Below, in pieces: positions 20,024 through 30,634 of a stretch of DNA of 64,000 nt. The translations under genes were made by a program, and so were the position numbers. The stretch spans positions 22,707 to 86,706 of the forward strand of contig JAYZAY010000001.1 in assembly GCA_036339465.1 (NCBI GenBank), given 5' to 3'. The first letter of the stretch is position 1. Each line of letters begins with the position of its first letter. The notes under the pieces are model-generated. The model worked only from the letters and a program-made list of their open reading frames with translations. It ran no database searches and was not told the origin of the DNA. This DNA comes from Myxococcota bacterium (GTDB lineage: Bacteria > Myxococcota > XYA12-FULL-58-9 > JABJBS01).

Positions 20024-21556
20024 ATGCTCGAAGGGGATCCACCTAGAACTTTCACTGTGACGCACGCTATCGTGTTCTATTGTCTCGGCCTCCTCATTCT
20101 CATCATTACTTCCATCGAACTTTCAACCCTGGTTCCCCGAACGGCAACATTGGTGTACGGTTCCACACAGGTGCTCAAGGGAAACCCTGCTCTGTTTCGC
20201 CTCATCCATGTGACTCCGAAGCATATTACCAAAACGGCGTATAAAGCAGTCGCTTGGCGCTTGGAGAGCCCAGGAAAGGACGTCCTCGCTTCAGGAAGAG
20301 ACATCAATGGAATTTTATTTGAGCCGAAAGTATTCATTCCTAAAGAGTCTCCCGACCGCCTCACGCTCTTCTTTACCATCGACTCTTTCGATGAAGAGGA
20401 GATAAGAATCGATCTCCGGGCAAGCACAAAAGCCGTGCCCAAAAGTCTCTTCAGCTTTATCTCCACCGATGAAATTATCCGCTATAAAAAAGCCAAATCC
20501 CCCCCCCCTCCCGTGGAGTTTGCGTTTGAATCTGGTTTCCCTATTCTTTCTTTTACCCAGCAGGGGTTCGCTTGGTCGCCCCTAAAAGATGACCAGCCCT
20601 CAGCCACCCTTCAAACCACCGATTCAAACGTGCTAGCCTTGGCCCCTGCGCCAACCAAGCTCAATATAACGCCTGAGCTAAAGACCGGGGACATCGTATT
20701 AAGTCATTCCTTCAACCCTGAAAATGAGAAGAAAAAAAAGACTTATCTCAACTGGCGAGCCAAACGTCCAAAGGTCTTAATCCAAGGCATTGAACGGCTT
20801 CCTGGCCCCGCCCCCACCACAATATCCTACAAGATCCAAGCACTACCGACCAACCAACCCGTGATTGTAGATTTATGGGCGGGAACAACCCTCATCGATA
20901 CCGCTTCTCACACCGCAAGCCGTAAGCCTAGCTACGAAACTTTTTCTCTGCCAAATAATCTCCCACTTTCCCCCTTAACCCTCGTCGCATACCGCAGCCT
21001 TTTGATTCCGGAAGCAGCATCCTCCTGGTCTATAACCTGGCCCGGCATTTCTACTAAAGCATCCATCGACGACACCCTGACACCTTGGATAGACGAAACA
21101 CCGGGGTTCCAAGGGCCTGACAGGGGTGTCACAGAAGCGGCTCTTTCAGATACTGCTTTGTTGAAACTCTATCGACTGCGTCCGCTTCATTATGAAAACT
21201 TCCTCATTCATTCTTCAATCGAACCACAACAACGACGATATGAAGCCCTTAAAAAGACCCTCCGCACACGGGTCAATTATGGCCTCGGTTTCTACTTCGG
21301 AATGGGGGCAGCCCTGCTCCTCTTTTGGATGACACGAAGCTACAAGGCTCGGTTAAAAGCAATTCGTGGCGTTTTCATCGATAGCGCATGGGACCAACAA
21401 CCCACTCATGAAGAAATGAGCCCCGATACTTTGGCTCGACTCACGGCATTTGGAGGCAAACACTCCTTCTTCGGAGCCATGATCGCTTTGGGAGGATTCT
21501 GCGTATTCCTGTACTGGCTTTTACATTTCGTCATTCGCTGGGACTTACCCCTCTGA
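20024..21556 (+). CDS. Hypothetical membrane protein (N-terminal TM, large soluble domain, two C-terminal TMs)
   Basis: 510-aa ORF with hydrophobic segments at both ends. Confidence 0.6.
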   Translation: MLEGDPPRTFTVTHAIVFYCLGLLILIITSIELSTLVPRTATLVYGSTQVLKGNPALFRLIHVTPKHITKTAYKAVAWRLESPGKDVLASGRDINGILFEPKVFIPKESPDRLTLFFTIDSFDEEEIRIDLRASTKAVPKSLFSFISTDEIIRYKKAKSPPPPVEFAFESGFPILSFTQQGFAWSPLKDDQPSATLQTTDSNVLALAPAPTKLNITPELKTGDIVLSHSFNPENEKKKKTYLNWRAKRPKVLIQGIERLPGPAPTTISYKIQALPTNQPVIVDLWAGTTLIDTASHTASRKPSYETFSLPNNLPLSPLTLVAYRSLLIPEAASSWSITWPGISTKASIDDTLTPWIDETPGFQGPDRGVTEAALSDTALLKLYRLRPLHYENFLIHSSIEPQQRRYEALKKTLRTRVNYGLGFYFGMGAALLLFWMTRSYKARLKAIRGVFIDSAWDQQPTHEEMSPDTLARLTAFGGKHSFFGAMIALGGFCVFLYWLLHFVIRWDLPL

Positions 21557-21703
21557 GAATAAGAACCTTTCTTTCATTTGTCCGGGCAGAACATTTGACC
21601 CTCCGAATTTATCAAGATTATATAGGTCAGGCGCAATAATTGTTAGTTGGGCGTCGTTAGTGCTAAGTGTGGGCGAAGGATAATATGGAAACAGGCTGAG
21701 CAA

Positions 21704-23044
21704 ATGCACAACATTTTAATCGTACATAACTCCTCTACCATTCGAAAAGTGGCAGAAATCGCTTTTCGCTTTGAACCATTTAGTTTGCATATGGCAGAGG
21801 GAATCAAATCGGCCGAACCCATCATCGCAGAGGTTGAGTTGGACGCTGCACTTATCAACGTAGGGTTACCCGGAGAAGATGCCGCAAATCTTTGTCAAAC
21901 CCTCCACAGTAAATTCGGTGATCGGCTTAGGATTATCCTGTTGTCACCGAATGACGCTCCCCTTAATCCGAAACAACTCGAAGAACTTCACGCTCTGGCC
22001 CAAATCGCAAAACCCTTTCAGACCCAAGTTTTAATAGACCAAACTCGAAAGAATCTCGGCCTAAAGATTGAAAAATCTGTAGCGACCATTCGGTTCGGAG
22101 CGGTTGCCCAAGCCCCAGATCCGCTGGGACCACCTGTTTTCGTAGAAGAGCAAGTTTCCTCGGTGACAGCCCCCCTGGCAACCGAGACAATCGAACTTTC
22201 CCTTGCAGATATTCAAAAGGGTTCCTCAATTATCGCCCCCTCCACTACCCCACCCACACCCATCACCGTACCTGAATTGCTTACGCCCAAAGTTATCTAT
22301 TCCCCTCCCCCTCCCGCCCCTCTCGTCAAAGGGTCCGATACAGAATGGACAGAGGCATCGGTTTCGGAGGCACTCGGAGAAGATAACAACAATATAGAGC
22401 TGAGCCCTCCGCCAATTGTGTCACAGCAATACACCGAACAATTGACCGATACGCTCGGAGATGCCGAAATAGGTCGAGAGACTCAAACAACTGCGTCGGC
22501 GCCAAATCTAAACGACGTTGATATAGACGAGGATATCACCAACTTCCAAACTCAAGACGGAGAGGGGGTTGAAGGTGCCGAGGAGACACCCGATTCGCCC
22601 CAAGAAGAGACAAACATACCCTTTGCTCCTCCACCAATCTCGGCTACTGAATATTCGGACGAGAAACCACTTACGCTTGCGACCGCAGCCACAACGCCCG
22701 ACTCCCCTGACGACAACGCTCGTCTACCTTTTGCGCCAGCCCCCGGTCTCCCAACCAACGAGTCCAGAGGCGAGGCCCAAACGGCTGAAAAACTAACACC
22801 CTTTGATCCAATCACGGACTTAACCTGCGATTTACTCACTCGTGAATTCGAACTTTCACATGATCATCCGCTTCTTCCTGAGTTGGACGAAGAACAATTG
22901 ATGCCATTGGTGGAAGCAGCGGTTAAAAAAATTGCCCAGGAGTCAATTGAATCCGTAGTCTGGGAGGTTGTACCACAAATCTGTGAGCTAATTATCCGGG
23001 AGAGATTATCAGAGATTAATCCCGGCTTGGACTCTCTTCGATAA
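21704..23044 (+). CDS. romR: RomR-like polarity regulator (degenerate REC domain, Pro/acidic linker, conserved C-terminal helix)
   Basis: SSTIRKV...KPFQTQVLID receiver; C-terminal IESVVWEVVPQICELIIRE resembles the RomR C-terminus. Confidence 0.78.
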   Translation: MHNILIVHNSSTIRKVAEIAFRFEPFSLHMAEGIKSAEPIIAEVELDAALINVGLPGEDAANLCQTLHSKFGDRLRIILLSPNDAPLNPKQLEELHALAQIAKPFQTQVLIDQTRKNLGLKIEKSVATIRFGAVAQAPDPLGPPVFVEEQVSSVTAPLATETIELSLADIQKGSSIIAPSTTPPTPITVPELLTPKVIYSPPPPAPLVKGSDTEWTEASVSEALGEDNNNIELSPPPIVSQQYTEQLTDTLGDAEIGRETQTTASAPNLNDVDIDEDITNFQTQDGEGVEGAEETPDSPQEETNIPFAPPPISATEYSDEKPLTLATAATTPDSPDDNARLPFAPAPGLPTNESRGEAQTAEKLTPFDPITDLTCDLLTREFELSHDHPLLPELDEEQLMPLVEAAVKKIAQESIESVVWEVVPQICELIIRERLSEINPGLDSLR

Positions 23045-24488
23045 GCCGCTTCAGATCCGTCTCCAATCTCTCGAACAACCCCAACCAGCCACCATCCTCA
23101 TCTTGTCTGTAGAGCCTCATGGACGGATACCAATGGGTATCAGTCCCATGCATTCTCCATCGCCAATCCGGCACCCTCGGTAGTAACAGCCACACCGGCT
23201 TACCTTGAGCCGCTGCAACATGGGCCACACTGGTATCGGAACTAATCACCAGATCGAGGTTCGAAATCAAACCAGCGCAGTCATTAAACGCTCCACCAAC
23301 TGCATCCAAGGTATCAACTATCAGGAGTTCAGCGAACGAACCCCCATTTTCAGTCAACCCAGGCTGTGGGTTTCGGTGCAGGGAGACAAACGTGAGTTCG
23401 ACATTCCGCGCAAGCTTAATAATATACTCCGGCGCAATGGAGCGAAGATAGTCTTCCCGGTAATCGGCGTTGCCTTGCCATGCCACCCCTACACGCATAG
23501 GGCCAAGCTCCTGAAGGTCGAGCCATTTTTTCCATTTCAGTTTTTGGGCCGGCCGTATTTTTAAGTAGCCCCCCATTGGCGGACTATAATTCGGAAATAC
23601 GGCCGCGAGGGACATGATCCCAATCTGTATTTCAGCATCCACACAGTCGCTCTTTGAATGTAGCAGCGCAACCCCCCCACAAGTCATGGTTGCTAATGGA
23701 GTCAACAACTTAGGACAAGCCAGCGTGACACTCGCTGCCACATTTACAAGCGGGGATATATAACGAGCGAACTGTACAAAATCGCCAATTCCTTGCTCGG
23801 AAAAAACCACAACCCGTCTGTTGCTTAGTGGTTGCCTGCCATTCCACAGTGGGATGTTGCGTAATCCCGCGGACATACCAGATAGATGGTGCCGTGAATC
23901 GAAATGGCGCCACCCACTTACCTCATCCCCAAGCATCAACTGACAAATCCCGATATTCCAGCGATAGACATGATTTTCGGCAGCTCTCGACGATGCCTCC
24001 TCGAAACAATCGAGCGCTTCTTTTAGTTTCCCACGAAGCTTATAAGCACTCCCAAGGTTTGCCCAAAGACGTGGGTCCTCGTTATCCAATTCAAGGGCTT
24101 TCTTGAAATGCTCCGCTGCTTGTAGCGACTCCCTCGCTTCAAGATAACAGGTCCCGATGTCAAATAGCAGGCTTGAGTCCTCAGGAGAGGTTTCGAGCAG
24201 CTTCCCATAGATCTCAATGGCCTCTCTTGTTTGTTTTCGTGCGAGATAAAGCCCCGCTAGATTGGACAGTGACTCCTTGGTCTTTCCGTATTTTTGTATG
24301 CAAGCATTCAATGTTTCTGCTGCAGCGTCGAAACGCTTCAATCTTTTTAGGATATTGCCAATTGCGTTCAGCAGGGTATCATTTTCAAATCCGGTGCCAC
24401 GAATTTCCTCAAGTAGCTCTAGGGCACCCATCAGATCCCCTTGCCCCAGTCGTGCCAGGGCCTCTTGATATTTATCTTCAATGCCCAC
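23016..24488 (-). CDS. TPR-repeat protein with a C-terminal glycosyltransferase (GT9-like) domain
   Basis: N-terminal TPRs; EQGIGDFVQFARY, VGVAWQGN, LDLVISSDTSVAHVAAA, DWRW, WYPSMRLYRQ. Confidence 0.9.
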   Translation of the reverse strand: MGIEDKYQEALARLGQGDLMGALELLEEIRGTGFENDTLLNAIGNILKRLKRFDAAAETLNACIQKYGKTKESLSNLAGLYLARKQTREAIEIYGKLLETSPEDSSLLFDIGTCYLEARESLQAAEHFKKALELDNEDPRLWANLGSAYKLRGKLKEALDCFEEASSRAAENHVYRWNIGICQLMLGDEVSGWRHFDSRHHLSGMSAGLRNIPLWNGRQPLSNRRVVVFSEQGIGDFVQFARYISPLVNVAASVTLACPKLLTPLATMTCGGVALLHSKSDCVDAEIQIGIMSLAAVFPNYSPPMGGYLKIRPAQKLKWKKWLDLQELGPMRVGVAWQGNADYREDYLRSIAPEYIIKLARNVELTFVSLHRNPQPGLTENGGSFAELLIVDTLDAVGGAFNDCAGLISNLDLVISSDTSVAHVAAAQGKPVWLLLPRVPDWRWRMHGTDTHWYPSMRLYRQDEDGGWLGLFERLETDLKRLIEESPSRD

Positions 24489-24522
24489 CTACCAATATCC
24501 CCGATCCCTCAGTACGATAAAG

Positions 24523-25236
24523 CTATTTGTCAGCCAAGCAATTGGCCAAGATCCCCTCGGCCTGAATCGTCCGCCTCTGGGAGGCATCAAATCGTTCCCG
24601 GTAAGCAAAACATATGGATTCATCGCCGTCTGTTCGGCGGAGGCAGTCTCTGAAGAACCCTGATTGCTTACTCAGTTCAGCCCTTCTAGTGGCCAGTTTT
24701 TGCTCCAAAGAGGCACACCCTTTCCCTTGAGTTCTCAGTTTTACCTCCAACCCACCACTGCCATTCCCATTTCCTTGGGAACGAGAGACGGAGTTTAGCG
24801 CCTCCTTTGCCTTAAGAGCAACCGCAGATTTTTCGACAGCCTGCTTCAGAAATAGCGGAGGTTTCCAACGGACAGTAGCCAGGCAATAGTGTTTACCGGG
24901 ATCATACGAGAGGTCTTGTACGGATCCATTTACAACACTTTCATTAGCATAGTGATACAGAAGTGGAGTTCCATCAGAAAGCCCCAATGATTCAGCAACC
25001 TCCTCGCCGACATCATCTTGCTCTTGCGCAAATCGGTGCGATACCGCAGCTGCCGCGCGCCTTACAGCCGCTCGACAGGCCTGTGTTTTTCCGACCCCCT
25101 CTCCAGCCGCACCCGCAACGTAGACCAATCCGCCATCCTGTTCGACCATTTCCACGTAGCTTCCTGCCTTGGTGTGAATACATGACGTTGCAAACAGGAA
25201 ACCCAAAACCGTTAATAATAGCCATCCCAATCGCAT
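24523..25236 (-). CDS. Putative lipoprotein, hypothetical
   Basis: MRLGWLLLTVLGFLFATSC lipobox; paired Cys; C-terminal helical region. Confidence 0.65.
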   Translation of the reverse strand: MRLGWLLLTVLGFLFATSCIHTKAGSYVEMVEQDGGLVYVAGAAGEGVGKTQACRAAVRRAAAAVSHRFAQEQDDVGEEVAESLGLSDGTPLLYHYANESVVNGSVQDLSYDPGKHYCLATVRWKPPLFLKQAVEKSAVALKAKEALNSVSRSQGNGNGSGGLEVKLRTQGKGCASLEQKLATRRAELSKQSGFFRDCLRRTDGDESICFAYRERFDASQRRTIQAEGILANCLADK

Positions 25237-25398
25237 CTCGCAGACTCCCGTAAATCCATCCTGGGTCAATTTGCCCCGGTGGTCACGACAAGGCAACCCC
25301 CCTCTTCACTCGCCCCTAGGATAATGACGCTTTCATTGGCGTTGAATTCATACTATCTATCAACGATTAAACATGTCCCAGAAAAGAGCCTTAAACCC

Positions 25399-26430
25399 AT
25401 GACCTCAAGTCTCCATGCAGCTTCAACGGATGCCGTTTTAGCCGACAACAAATCCGACACCACGTTCTTAGACCGTTTCAGTCATCTGAAAAATGACGTA
25501 ATCACCCAGATGCGCCATAGGATTATTGGTCAAGAGCTGATCATCGAGCAACTTCTGATTACCCTATTGTGCAACGGGCACGCGCTCCTCGTCGGGGTAC
25601 CTGGTCTCGCTAAAACCAGATTGATTCAAACCCTGGCGGAGGTTATTGCTCTCGATTTTAACAGAGTCCAGTTCACCCCCGACCTAATGCCATCCGACAT
25701 CACCGGTACCGACGTCATTCAAACCAGAACTGATGGCTCAAGGGTTTTCGAATTTTCGCCTGGACCGATCTTCACAAACCTCCTACTCGCGGATGAAATA
25801 AATAGAACCCCCCCGAAAACCCAAGCCGCCTTGCTTCAAGCAATGCAAGAAACGCAAGTAACCATGGGTGGCAACACCCATAATATAGATGCTCCGCTCT
25901 GCGTTTTTGCGACTCAGAATCCAATTGAGCAAGAAGGTACTTATCCCTTACCGGAAGCTCAACTCGACCGGTTTATGCTAATGCTACAGATTGGGTACCC
26001 CTCCGAAGAAGAGGAGCTGGCGATCATTCAAAAAACCACCTCACCAAATATCGGCGCCCCCACGCCAGTACTCAACCGAGATGCAATTTTGGACATTCAG
26101 CAATTCATTCCACGTATACCCATATCCGAGTCATTGACCCGCCAAGCAGTCACGATTGTTCGCGCAACCCGACCTGCTGAGAGTTCCTCGCGGCTGGTAC
26201 GTGATTTTGTATCCTTTGGAGCGGGCCCGAGAGCGGCCCAGCACCTTGTGATGGCAGCAAAAGCACGGGCCTTTTTATCCGGCCGCCCTACGGTTGAGAC
26301 AAACGATTTAGAGGCCCTATTGTTACCGTGTCTCCGCCACCGACTTTCATTAAATTTCCAAAGTAACTTACAGGGAATTAAGGCCGATGAAATCTTGTCA
26401 GACCTATTAACATCCATTCCTCATGGATAA
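25399..26430 (+). CDS. MoxR-family AAA+ ATPase
   Basis: GVPGLAKT, RVQFTPDLMPSDITG, LADEINRTPPKTQAALL, ATQNPIEQEGTYPLPEAQLDRF. Confidence 0.95.
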   Translation: MTSSLHAASTDAVLADNKSDTTFLDRFSHLKNDVITQMRHRIIGQELIIEQLLITLLCNGHALLVGVPGLAKTRLIQTLAEVIALDFNRVQFTPDLMPSDITGTDVIQTRTDGSRVFEFSPGPIFTNLLLADEINRTPPKTQAALLQAMQETQVTMGGNTHNIDAPLCVFATQNPIEQEGTYPLPEAQLDRFMLMLQIGYPSEEEELAIIQKTTSPNIGAPTPVLNRDAILDIQQFIPRIPISESLTRQAVTIVRATRPAESSSRLVRDFVSFGAGPRAAQHLVMAAKARAFLSGRPTVETNDLEALLLPCLRHRLSLNFQSNLQGIKADEILSDLLTSIPHG

Positions 26431-27352
26431 CACTGTCAATGAGATGGGTGCCGATCCTGGCCATCTAACAAATGATGACCCAGCACTTTGGGAACAAGCT
26501 GCGAGACTCCAATTGGTTGCGCAATCGGTGGTTGATCAACAATTGGCCGGTATTCACTTAAGTCCACACAGAGGCCAGTCAATAGAATTTAGCGAACACC
26601 GCCACTATCAACCCGGTGATGACCCCCGCAAAATCGACTGGCGCGCTTTCGGTAAAACAAATAAACTCCATGTCAAAGAATATGAAAATGAGACGCGGAT
26701 GCAGGTGCATTTGGCCCTAGACCACTCCGGCTCTATGGGCTTTCCATCCGAATCCGATAAGATGAGCAAATTCGGTTGGTCAAAACAACTATTTGCTGTC
26801 CTCGCCTATATGTTTATCAAGCAAGGGGATGCGGTTTCGTGCTCAGCCTTCAACAACCGGACAACCGATTATTTAGAATCGAGCAGCGTCCCAAGCCATC
26901 TTGGGAGGGTTCTTCGTGCGTTGACAGGCGTCTCCGCAACAGGCCCCAGCGATTTCGGCAACGTTATTCATGAGGGTAACCGTGAAAAGCGTCGTCCGAC
27001 TTTGAATTTCTTCATCAGCGACTTTTTCTCTCCCATGTATGTGGCAAATCTTAATTTCCCTACCATTCCCGTCAATCAAGGTCGTATGGTTGCCATCCAA
27101 GTTCTAAGCCCCCAAGAAATCCAATTTGCGTTTCAGCAACCAACGTCTTTTAAGTCCCTCGAAGGTCCCGATGAATTGTTTCTCTTCCCAATGCAAATAA
27201 GAAAAACCTATCTAAAGAAATTGAGGGCATACAACAACGCACTCGAGCGCCATTTCCATAAAAGCGGGGCCTATTTTTTTCGTTTTCCCACACAACACGA
27301 CCTGGCATCCGCAGTCACGGAGATGGTATCGGTGATCCAAACAATGCTGTGA
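26423..27352 (+). CDS. DUF58 family protein (vWA-like)
   Basis: EFSEHRHYQPGDDPRKIDWR, DHSGSM, ISDF; overlaps the MoxR stop. Confidence 0.92.
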   Translation: MDNTVNEMGADPGHLTNDDPALWEQAARLQLVAQSVVDQQLAGIHLSPHRGQSIEFSEHRHYQPGDDPRKIDWRAFGKTNKLHVKEYENETRMQVHLALDHSGSMGFPSESDKMSKFGWSKQLFAVLAYMFIKQGDAVSCSAFNNRTTDYLESSSVPSHLGRVLRALTGVSATGPSDFGNVIHEGNREKRRPTLNFFISDFFSPMYVANLNFPTIPVNQGRMVAIQVLSPQEIQFAFQQPTSFKSLEGPDELFLFPMQIRKTYLKKLRAYNNALERHFHKSGAYFFRFPTQHDLASAVTEMVSVIQTML

Positions 27353-27367
27353 CCTTAAAAATTACTG

Positions 27368-28978
27368 TTAAAAATTACTGTCTCCCCGTATATAAAGTTC
27401 TACGCTCTCGGTTGCCCTTAGGGAACCCCCAGAAAAACGCACGCCCCCTGTAACCAACACGTCGCCCCACGCAAGCACGGTAAGATTCGGCCAGTATTGC
27501 CCACTTTTCAGCCCTATCGCAACGGGAAGAAACTCTGAATTACAGGGGCTTTCTGGGTTGATAACAAGGCGTTCAGCAGAGGAGAGGAACTCCCCGCTCT
27601 CCCCGACACCGGCCACAATCAGGTAATCGGACTCGGTTAAGGGAGTAATCGCACCAGCAGAGCGAGGCTCCCGAAGTGCCAAAGGTTCTGCACAATCCTC
27701 ATCCACATGGATAAACGAATTCCCCTCATTTTTTAGGATTTCGATATCCGCAGTAGCCTCGCTGTACTCGGGTCTTGACGCGATAGCTCTACTTCCACCA
27801 CTGGCGACAATCCAACCCTCAGTGATTGCGATGGACGAAAAATACTTTGGTGATCGAAAGCTACCTACCACTTCACTGGTGCCCTCGTTTATGTCAATGA
27901 GTTCGATGGACTCTTCTGCCTTCACCAGTGTCTGACCTCCGGCAATCACTATTTGTCCTGAAGAAATTTCCTTCGCTTGGTGCAAAAAACGAGGATTGTT
28001 TAGCTTGGGACCACATTCAACGGAGTTTTTGATGGGGTCATAAATCTCTGTAATCAAAGATGCACCGTCAATACAGGACTCCGCAGCACAGGCGACGGCA
28101 GTCGTGCTAATACTGTCTGTTCGTGAGCATCTCCCCCCAACGAGAAGGACCCTACCATCATCAAGAACGGTGCCGCTATGAAAACCCCGAGGGTGGGCTG
28201 TTTCGACAAAATCGGTTATGGAATGGTCCACCTGGCGACCGATCAAAATCCGGCGTGTAGCGACATTTTTTGCCTCCTCATTAAAATCAACCCATTCTCT
28301 CAATCCCCCTACCACGATCCATTTGTCCTTCGAAATCTCGTGAAGCGTATGCCCAACAAGCGCTGCGCGGGCAGCACCATTGATAGTCAATGTCTCGTTA
28401 ATATCACTAAACTCCCCAGTCTGAACTGAAAACGTTTCAAGCCCTGCATGGCTCGATAGTTTCCCAGCGTCCACCGAAACTCCGCCCTGAACCAGTACGG
28501 TCCCCGATGAAAGTAAGGTATGGGCACGAAAAAATGAAGGCAAAGAATCCCTTGAACATGCTCCATTTCTAAGCGCTCCACCAAGCCGAACAAAATTATC
28601 CAATCGCCCCGGTTGTAGCACCAAAGGACCTTGGAATTGCGTACCTTCACCGATGCTAAGAGGGCCGACCGTCGTTCTTGCGAAAATGCCTGCGTCTCTT
28701 CGGGACAGCAAAACCTCAATGCTCATCCCTTCGCCAACGGGGCCTTGAAACACGCCTTTTCCGTCCGCTCTTTCCCATTTATATTCTTGAATGTTGCCTG
28801 CTGCTTTTACAGATAATTGAATTTCGGTGGCTTCTTGTATTGTCGATTGAGAACAGGGGTCTTTAATTTGTACGTCCAATAAGTGCTTGGGGCTGCACCC
28901 ACAAAACAAGTAAAGCGCGATCCCCAAAAAAAGCGGTTTTCTGTTCAAGGCTTGGTTGAAAGATTCACCAGGAAACAT
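27368..28978 (-). CDS. Kelch-repeat putative lipoprotein
   Basis: LFCGC lipobox-like; repeated H.a..L.DG.VL..GG kelch units (RGFHSGTVLDDGRVLLVGG, EIYDP). Confidence 0.75.
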   Translation of the reverse strand: MFPGESFNQALNRKPLFLGIALYLFCGCSPKHLLDVQIKDPCSQSTIQEATEIQLSVKAAGNIQEYKWERADGKGVFQGPVGEGMSIEVLLSRRDAGIFARTTVGPLSIGEGTQFQGPLVLQPGRLDNFVRLGGALRNGACSRDSLPSFFRAHTLLSSGTVLVQGGVSVDAGKLSSHAGLETFSVQTGEFSDINETLTINGAARAALVGHTLHEISKDKWIVVGGLREWVDFNEEAKNVATRRILIGRQVDHSITDFVETAHPRGFHSGTVLDDGRVLLVGGRCSRTDSISTTAVACAAESCIDGASLITEIYDPIKNSVECGPKLNNPRFLHQAKEISSGQIVIAGGQTLVKAEESIELIDINEGTSEVVGSFRSPKYFSSIAITEGWIVASGGSRAIASRPEYSEATADIEILKNEGNSFIHVDEDCAEPLALREPRSAGAITPLTESDYLIVAGVGESGEFLSSAERLVINPESPCNSEFLPVAIGLKSGQYWPNLTVLAWGDVLVTGGVRFSGGSLRATESVELYIRGDSNF

Positions 28979-30509
28979 TGTATTGGACCCTTTTCTCAGC
29001 CTGATCTTGTTGCCAGGTCGTTATTCCTGCAACTCCCGCGCTAACACCGATAACCCCCACGGCCGTCCAAAACCACCATTTCTTATACCAGGGTTCTGAT
29101 TCGACCAGCACCGCCACCCTTCCCCCGGTCTGTGACTCCTGGTAAGAAGGAGAGGCGTCCTCCAAGAAGAGCTGCGCATCATTAATCCTAGAACGTGACA
29201 GGGGTTGACTCGACATCCTTGAAATACCAAGAAGGACCGGATCCTCGAGTTGCTCGAGCTTCATCGCCTCCCTCGCATCTTGAATCTTTCCGACATTAAA
29301 CCAAGTGTGTGTCCCGAGTTCTTTATCGGGGCTCAATAGTGAATCCAATGTGCCCCAAGCATCAAGACCCGATATGAGTCGATGGTCGCGCCCAGTCAGA
29401 TATTGAGCCGGCCCAGTGGAACCACCCCGTAACCATTTTTGAATTTTCAAACTCGTGGCTTCGGTCATTTCTAGACTGGGCCCAAGTTCCAATAAATTCA
29501 ACTTTCTCCACCGTTTTTCATTGCCGTAGCCTATCACTCCGCCCGCAAAATGACTGCCGCCACGTCTAAATATTCCCCACACCACGACCTCATCAAACCC
29601 CTTCCTGCCTGCAGTTCTTAGGGTCATCTCCCGGAGAAGATACGGAAAATGATTGGCAGCCAGTAGTTTCCTTGGTTCCAATCTGTCTTCGGTCGCAGGT
29701 ATTTTCGGAAACCCTACGACGGCTCGATTGGTCCCTTTCTGCACCTCCACCCATTCCGCCCACAGCTCACCGGTGGGAGCGAAAACAGCCACCACGTGTG
29801 GCCCCGCAACCAAACCTTCAATGACCAAAGGCACCGTGCCAACCCTCTTCCCATCCACAAAAATGTCCGCACTCTCCTGTGGGCTGTGAACAGTTAAGCT
29901 TCCACGTGGCCTATTCAATACTTCTCCACGGACCGCCGCGACGAAGTTGACAAAGGCCGGTGGGTATTCACGAAGATTGAGTACCAAAGCAGGATTAATC
30001 ATCAGCAATTTGCTCAACCACACTCGACACTCATCTTCGAACCCCTGGCGAAGGGCCGTTTCGGCTAATCCCAAATACGTCTCTTCCCAAAAATTGCTGT
30101 CGGCAACACTCGCCGGAGAGTCTAGAGCGATCGTCAAAGCACCCATGAGCCTTCGATAAACTTCACCGTATCGTCCCGCTTGCGCTAACCACTTGACCTC
30201 TTTGAGCAAGCTCTTAAGACGAAGCGCCGGACTCGTTCTTGGAATCAACGATGTTTTTTCCAATTCCCTTTCAAACACAACCGCAGGCATGAGCATCGGG
30301 AATATTCCATGGGTTGGTCGAATCAATTCATTCACGAGCCAGGAAGAGAAATCACCATCGAATTCACCCATCATGACAGGTTGCACCAACCCAATGGAGC
30401 GACCGCTTGCGTAGGCCATGGTTCCACTGCTCGAACCCATAAACAGCCCGGCCAAAATTATAAAGCACCGCGCGGATCCCACGCTTGGCTTATGGTTGCT
30501 AAATCCCAT
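28965..30509 (-). CDS. PEGA-domain protein with a C-terminal PWYKKWWFW TM anchor
   Basis: GSLTVHSPQESADIFVDGKRVGTVPL..L..GPH PEGA pattern; PWYKKWWFWTAVG tail common in myxobacterial proteins. Confidence 0.8.
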   Translation of the reverse strand: MGFSNHKPSVGSARCFIILAGLFMGSSSGTMAYASGRSIGLVQPVMMGEFDGDFSSWLVNELIRPTHGIFPMLMPAVVFERELEKTSLIPRTSPALRLKSLLKEVKWLAQAGRYGEVYRRLMGALTIALDSPASVADSNFWEETYLGLAETALRQGFEDECRVWLSKLLMINPALVLNLREYPPAFVNFVAAVRGEVLNRPRGSLTVHSPQESADIFVDGKRVGTVPLVIEGLVAGPHVVAVFAPTGELWAEWVEVQKGTNRAVVGFPKIPATEDRLEPRKLLAANHFPYLLREMTLRTAGRKGFDEVVVWGIFRRGGSHFAGGVIGYGNEKRWRKLNLLELGPSLEMTEATSLKIQKWLRGGSTGPAQYLTGRDHRLISGLDAWGTLDSLLSPDKELGTHTWFNVGKIQDAREAMKLEQLEDPVLLGISRMSSQPLSRSRINDAQLFLEDASPSYQESQTGGRVAVLVESEPWYKKWWFWTAVGVIGVSAGVAGITTWQQDQAEKRVQYNVSW

Positions 30510-30634
30510 CAGATTGACCGCCTCGACATAAACTCAGAACCCGTAGTTCCCTTCAAACCAAAAAAAGACAGAAAAGGCTACCCTTTCGGCTGTTTTGCGT
30601 CATAAGACAAACGAAGTTAGATTCATGTAAAGCA

